Assembly (NCBI GenBank): GCA_015680685.1
Contig: MNCI01000217.1
Span: 66,670-130,669, forward strand
Source of the DNA: Gnetum montanum
Taxonomy: Eukaryota > Plantae > Gnetophyta
Length of the DNA: 64,000 nt
Direction: 5' to 3'
The translations under genes were made by a program, and so were the position numbers. The notes beneath the pieces are model-generated. The model searched no databases, was not told the DNA's origin, and saw only the letters and a program-made list of their open reading frames with translations. Positions 60,599 to 64,000 of the stretch are shown here, in pieces. How positions within the stretch are numbered: the stretch's first letter is position 1; every line of letters starts with the position of its first letter.

Positions 60599-61699
60599 CC
60601 TATCTTTCTGATGATACATATGCCTTAGTTGTTAAGGATGTTAGTAGTGAGGCTATTGCTAAGACTCAACTATGAGTGACTCATTTAGAGTCATGAAGAT
60701 AATCTAATGATAGTTGTGAGATTATTTCAAGACTTGTTCATATATATCTTTGGAAGTGAAGATTAACCAAGAGCTAGCCTTTAGAGATGCCTAGATAAAA
60801 TATATATTCTTTGGAATTTTCAATTTTATTTGAATTATTTGAAAATTTTTGGTATTTCTAGACTTTGAAACATTTTTGAATATTTAATTAAAAACCTCTA
60901 CCTAGTCAATATCTTGAGACTTTTAGCATAGAACCTTTATTCTTCATGAGGAGGGAAATAAAATAACCTTTCTGATTTAAGTGGTTTTGACTCCATTTCA
61001 ATGTAGAGAGCCCAGAGTAACCATGAAAACACCCAAAGAGGGACATGGAACAAAAGGTGCATCAATTCTTTATAAGATGAACCCTCTAAACTTGAAAAAT
61101 AATTTTTGTATATTTTGTATTTATGTAAAATAAAAACCTTTTACATTTTTCGGATACTTCAGCCATGTACCTATTTTTGTGAATAAATAATAAAGTATGA
61201 TAAATATGAAATTGTCATCTTTACCATTTGAATTTGACATTGCAAGGATCATTTTTCATTTCAACATGTGCTATATGTCTAGGAAATTTTAATATTATTT
61301 ATCATATATTAATATTTTATTTAATTATTATTTTTAATCCTATTATTTAATTTGTTAAACTTCAAACATGAATATCTTTATTTCTAGACGTCCAATTGTG
61401 TTGAAACAAGTGTTGTTGAAATTGTTATTTTGGTACTATTTTATAATACAACTAATGAAATTTTTCAATATCTACATTTTTGTGGTTGTGTAAATCTCTA
61501 ATTTTCTTTAATAAATTTTATTTAATTATGTATGTGAGTAATATGAAATTTTTCTTTGTTGTATTACTCTAATGTATTTATGCCTCTAATTGATAATTTT
61601 TTCTCTATTTTATGGCTTCCTTTTGAATTATTAAATTGAGGTTAAATCTAGATTCTTAGGGTTTTGTAGCATTTCTATTAGTTATTTATAATATTTTAT

Positions 61700-63880
61700 A
61701 AATAATTAATAGGGGTGTTAAAGTTTGGTATTCTTACTATTTTTTTCAAAACTCATATCATATATATTTCTACTGTCCATTAGATCCAAAGAATCTACAA
61801 ACATAATAATATTTTAGTTTTAGCTATTTGTATAGGACAGTTAACATATTTATTCTTCATAAGGATTTCTGAGCCATCTACCTATTTCAACTATCAGATG
61901 ATTAGATTTCATTTGTGCTATGCTAATCGTGCATCATGAATAATAATGAATAGCAGTAAATAAATAGTTTTTCTTTGAATTAAGGCCTCCTTAATACTAT
62001 TCAAATAGAAATGTTTTTTTTCTTTATTTTCCCAAATTTTTTTAAATACTATTTATTTTACTAGTTTGCAAATTTGCCTAGGTCTAGAATAAAGAATATA
62101 CCATTGAATATTCTATTTATTGAGCCATAGAACTCCCTCATGATATCATTCTTTATTATGAATTTTCATCATCACTTTTTTGAACTATTTATCCAATGAA
62201 GATGCAAACAAATTATGACTGTAAGCTATAAGTTGACAAATAGCTTTAACCTCTAATGACATCATCTCTTCTTTAAGAAACATAATAGCAAACTATGTTT
62301 ATCTTTTCACTTTAAAGTCATCGAGCAAAAAAACCCTTTTAAATTTCTTCTTTGTATTTCAAATATTAATTTAATAGAGTAGGACCTCATACAAAGCACC
62401 CATAAAGGATAATAAGTTAAACAATGGTATGATAAAGTTGTTTTCAAACATCTCAAGCTAGAATAGATTCCTTCTTATATTTTCTTTTTAAAGTGAATGA
62501 GCCTTTCAAACCACTTACTTTTTACAAATTGTTACCCAAACTGTCATGCATAATTTTTGACTTTACAAGTGTTTCACTACCACCCATCAATCCAACCAAT
62601 ATTACCAATAGTTCTTTTTTTTTTTCTTTTGCATTCTACAAAGACTTTAAAATATTTTTCAAATTGGGTTTTATGAATATATTAGCATTCATTTAAATAA
62701 GCTCCTAGTTTTAAAAGGAGAAAAAATTAATCTTGAAGAGAAAATTACTAATAGGAAAATGGTCTAGAAAAGCAACATCTATATGCACTTCTACTTTACT
62801 TATAGGCTTCTAAAAAGAAATATTAGAGATGTAAAATATATCAATCCAACAATAAATTCTATCATTTCTTTGCTAATAATTACACTAAGTATAATTATTC
62901 TCATTTGAATGATATGTGAATAAACATCCAATCTCAAAAAGAAAATATTTTTCTTTAGAATTTCACCACTTTTCTTTTTCTTAAGAAGATATATTAGGAG
63001 AAAGATCATCAAGTTTATTTAAATGACATTCAACCATATTGAAATCATCTTTAATAATCCAAGGAACTTTAAGCAAAGATCGAAGATATTTCAAGACCTT
63101 TAATTGATCTTTTGAATTATTAGGCGCATAAATATTATAGAGTCCAAAGTCTCCTTTTTCACTATGATAAGTAATCCAAATAACTCTTTCAAGGTTGTTA
63201 GAGACAAGATTCAAAACTTTTCTAGTCTAATGTTTATTAACTAGAATAGCAAAACCTCCTTTGTTAACTTCATTAGCAGCAATAAATAAATAATGTAATT
63301 CTTTAAAATGCATAACCAACAAAACTAATATCATGCACTAAAATATTAATCTCTAACAAAAAAAAGAAAATTTGAAGATAAATGCTAATTTAAAAGATAC
63401 TCCCTAATAATATTTTCTCAAAAAATATTAGAAAGATCCCATATATTCCATGATAAAATTATGTGAAGAGGATTCCCGCATCCTTGATTTTTTAAGTTTA
63501 GCATTTGTCTCATAATCCATTACTAATACATGAAAAAAGTACTACCTAATGAGAAAGCATTTGGAACATTAATAGTAGTAGAAAGAGAAAGAAGTGTCTT
63601 AGGGATTTTTGAATTGAGATCAGTATCTATAGGCCTCTTTTTTTGTGTTACACTAAGTGAAATCTATTTGCATTAGCACTTTCATTGCTAGTCTATGCTA
63701 AATGTTTTTTCCTAAAGATGAATTCTCTTTAGATATAGAGAATTTACTAGTGCCTTCAAATTTAAAAGAACTAATAAAAGATTAAGAACTTATTGTAGAA
63801 GATTTCATTTGTGCCTATTGAAAATTTCCATTATTTTTCTTTTCTAAAAATTCTTGTTTCTTTTACTCACAAATAATTTT
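61700..63880 (-). mobile_element. AT-rich decayed L1 (ORF1 end, APE, RT remnants)
   Basis: IILSWNIWDL; GLYNIYAPN..PWIIKDDFNMV; boundaries approximate. Confidence 0.7.
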
Positions 63881-64000
63881 TTTATTGTTTTGGAGGAAAT
63901 TTAGGTAAATTAATCAAAAAAAAAATATGTACAGTAGTTAGACATCCCCAAAAAATGAGGAGAGAAGTCTCCCCTCACCCCCCAAAAGACCCCCTTTTAC

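Overview
Land-plant nuclear DNA (TTTAGGG repeat, plant tRNA-Asp-type PBSs, plant RTE/L1 LINEs), almost entirely made of decayed retroelements; I found no intact host CDS. LTR elements: four Athila-like Ty3/Gypsy elements, namely a partial minus-strand copy at 1-2259, a full-length 13.1-kb copy at 4807-17916 (gag-pol plus a long env-like ORF), and two non-autonomous copies at 46878-54010 and 54863-60598; also a chromovirus-type integrase remnant. Non-LTR elements: two near full-length minus-strand L1 LINEs (26730-32616, ~33808-39780), several L1/RTE/RTEX-like fragments and a tRNA-derived SINE. A CpG-retaining G-box/ABRE island at ~21 kb may be a host promoter. Most notable observation: in both L1s, ORF2 reads on in frame past the zf-RVT region into an extra ~170-aa domain plus a coiled coil. 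This domain is conserved between the two diverged copies and its pattern matches the domain in the Athila env-like ORF of the same window, suggesting an accessory domain shared by LTR and non-LTR retrotransposons. Other notable points: two covarying RNA-structure modules in the Athila post-pol region, an internal copy of the U3 motif with a TATA box upstream of the env-like ORF, and (TTTAGGG)3 exactly at an LTR break. All alignments and translations were done by eye; Pfam/family names come from motif recognition, not from searches.
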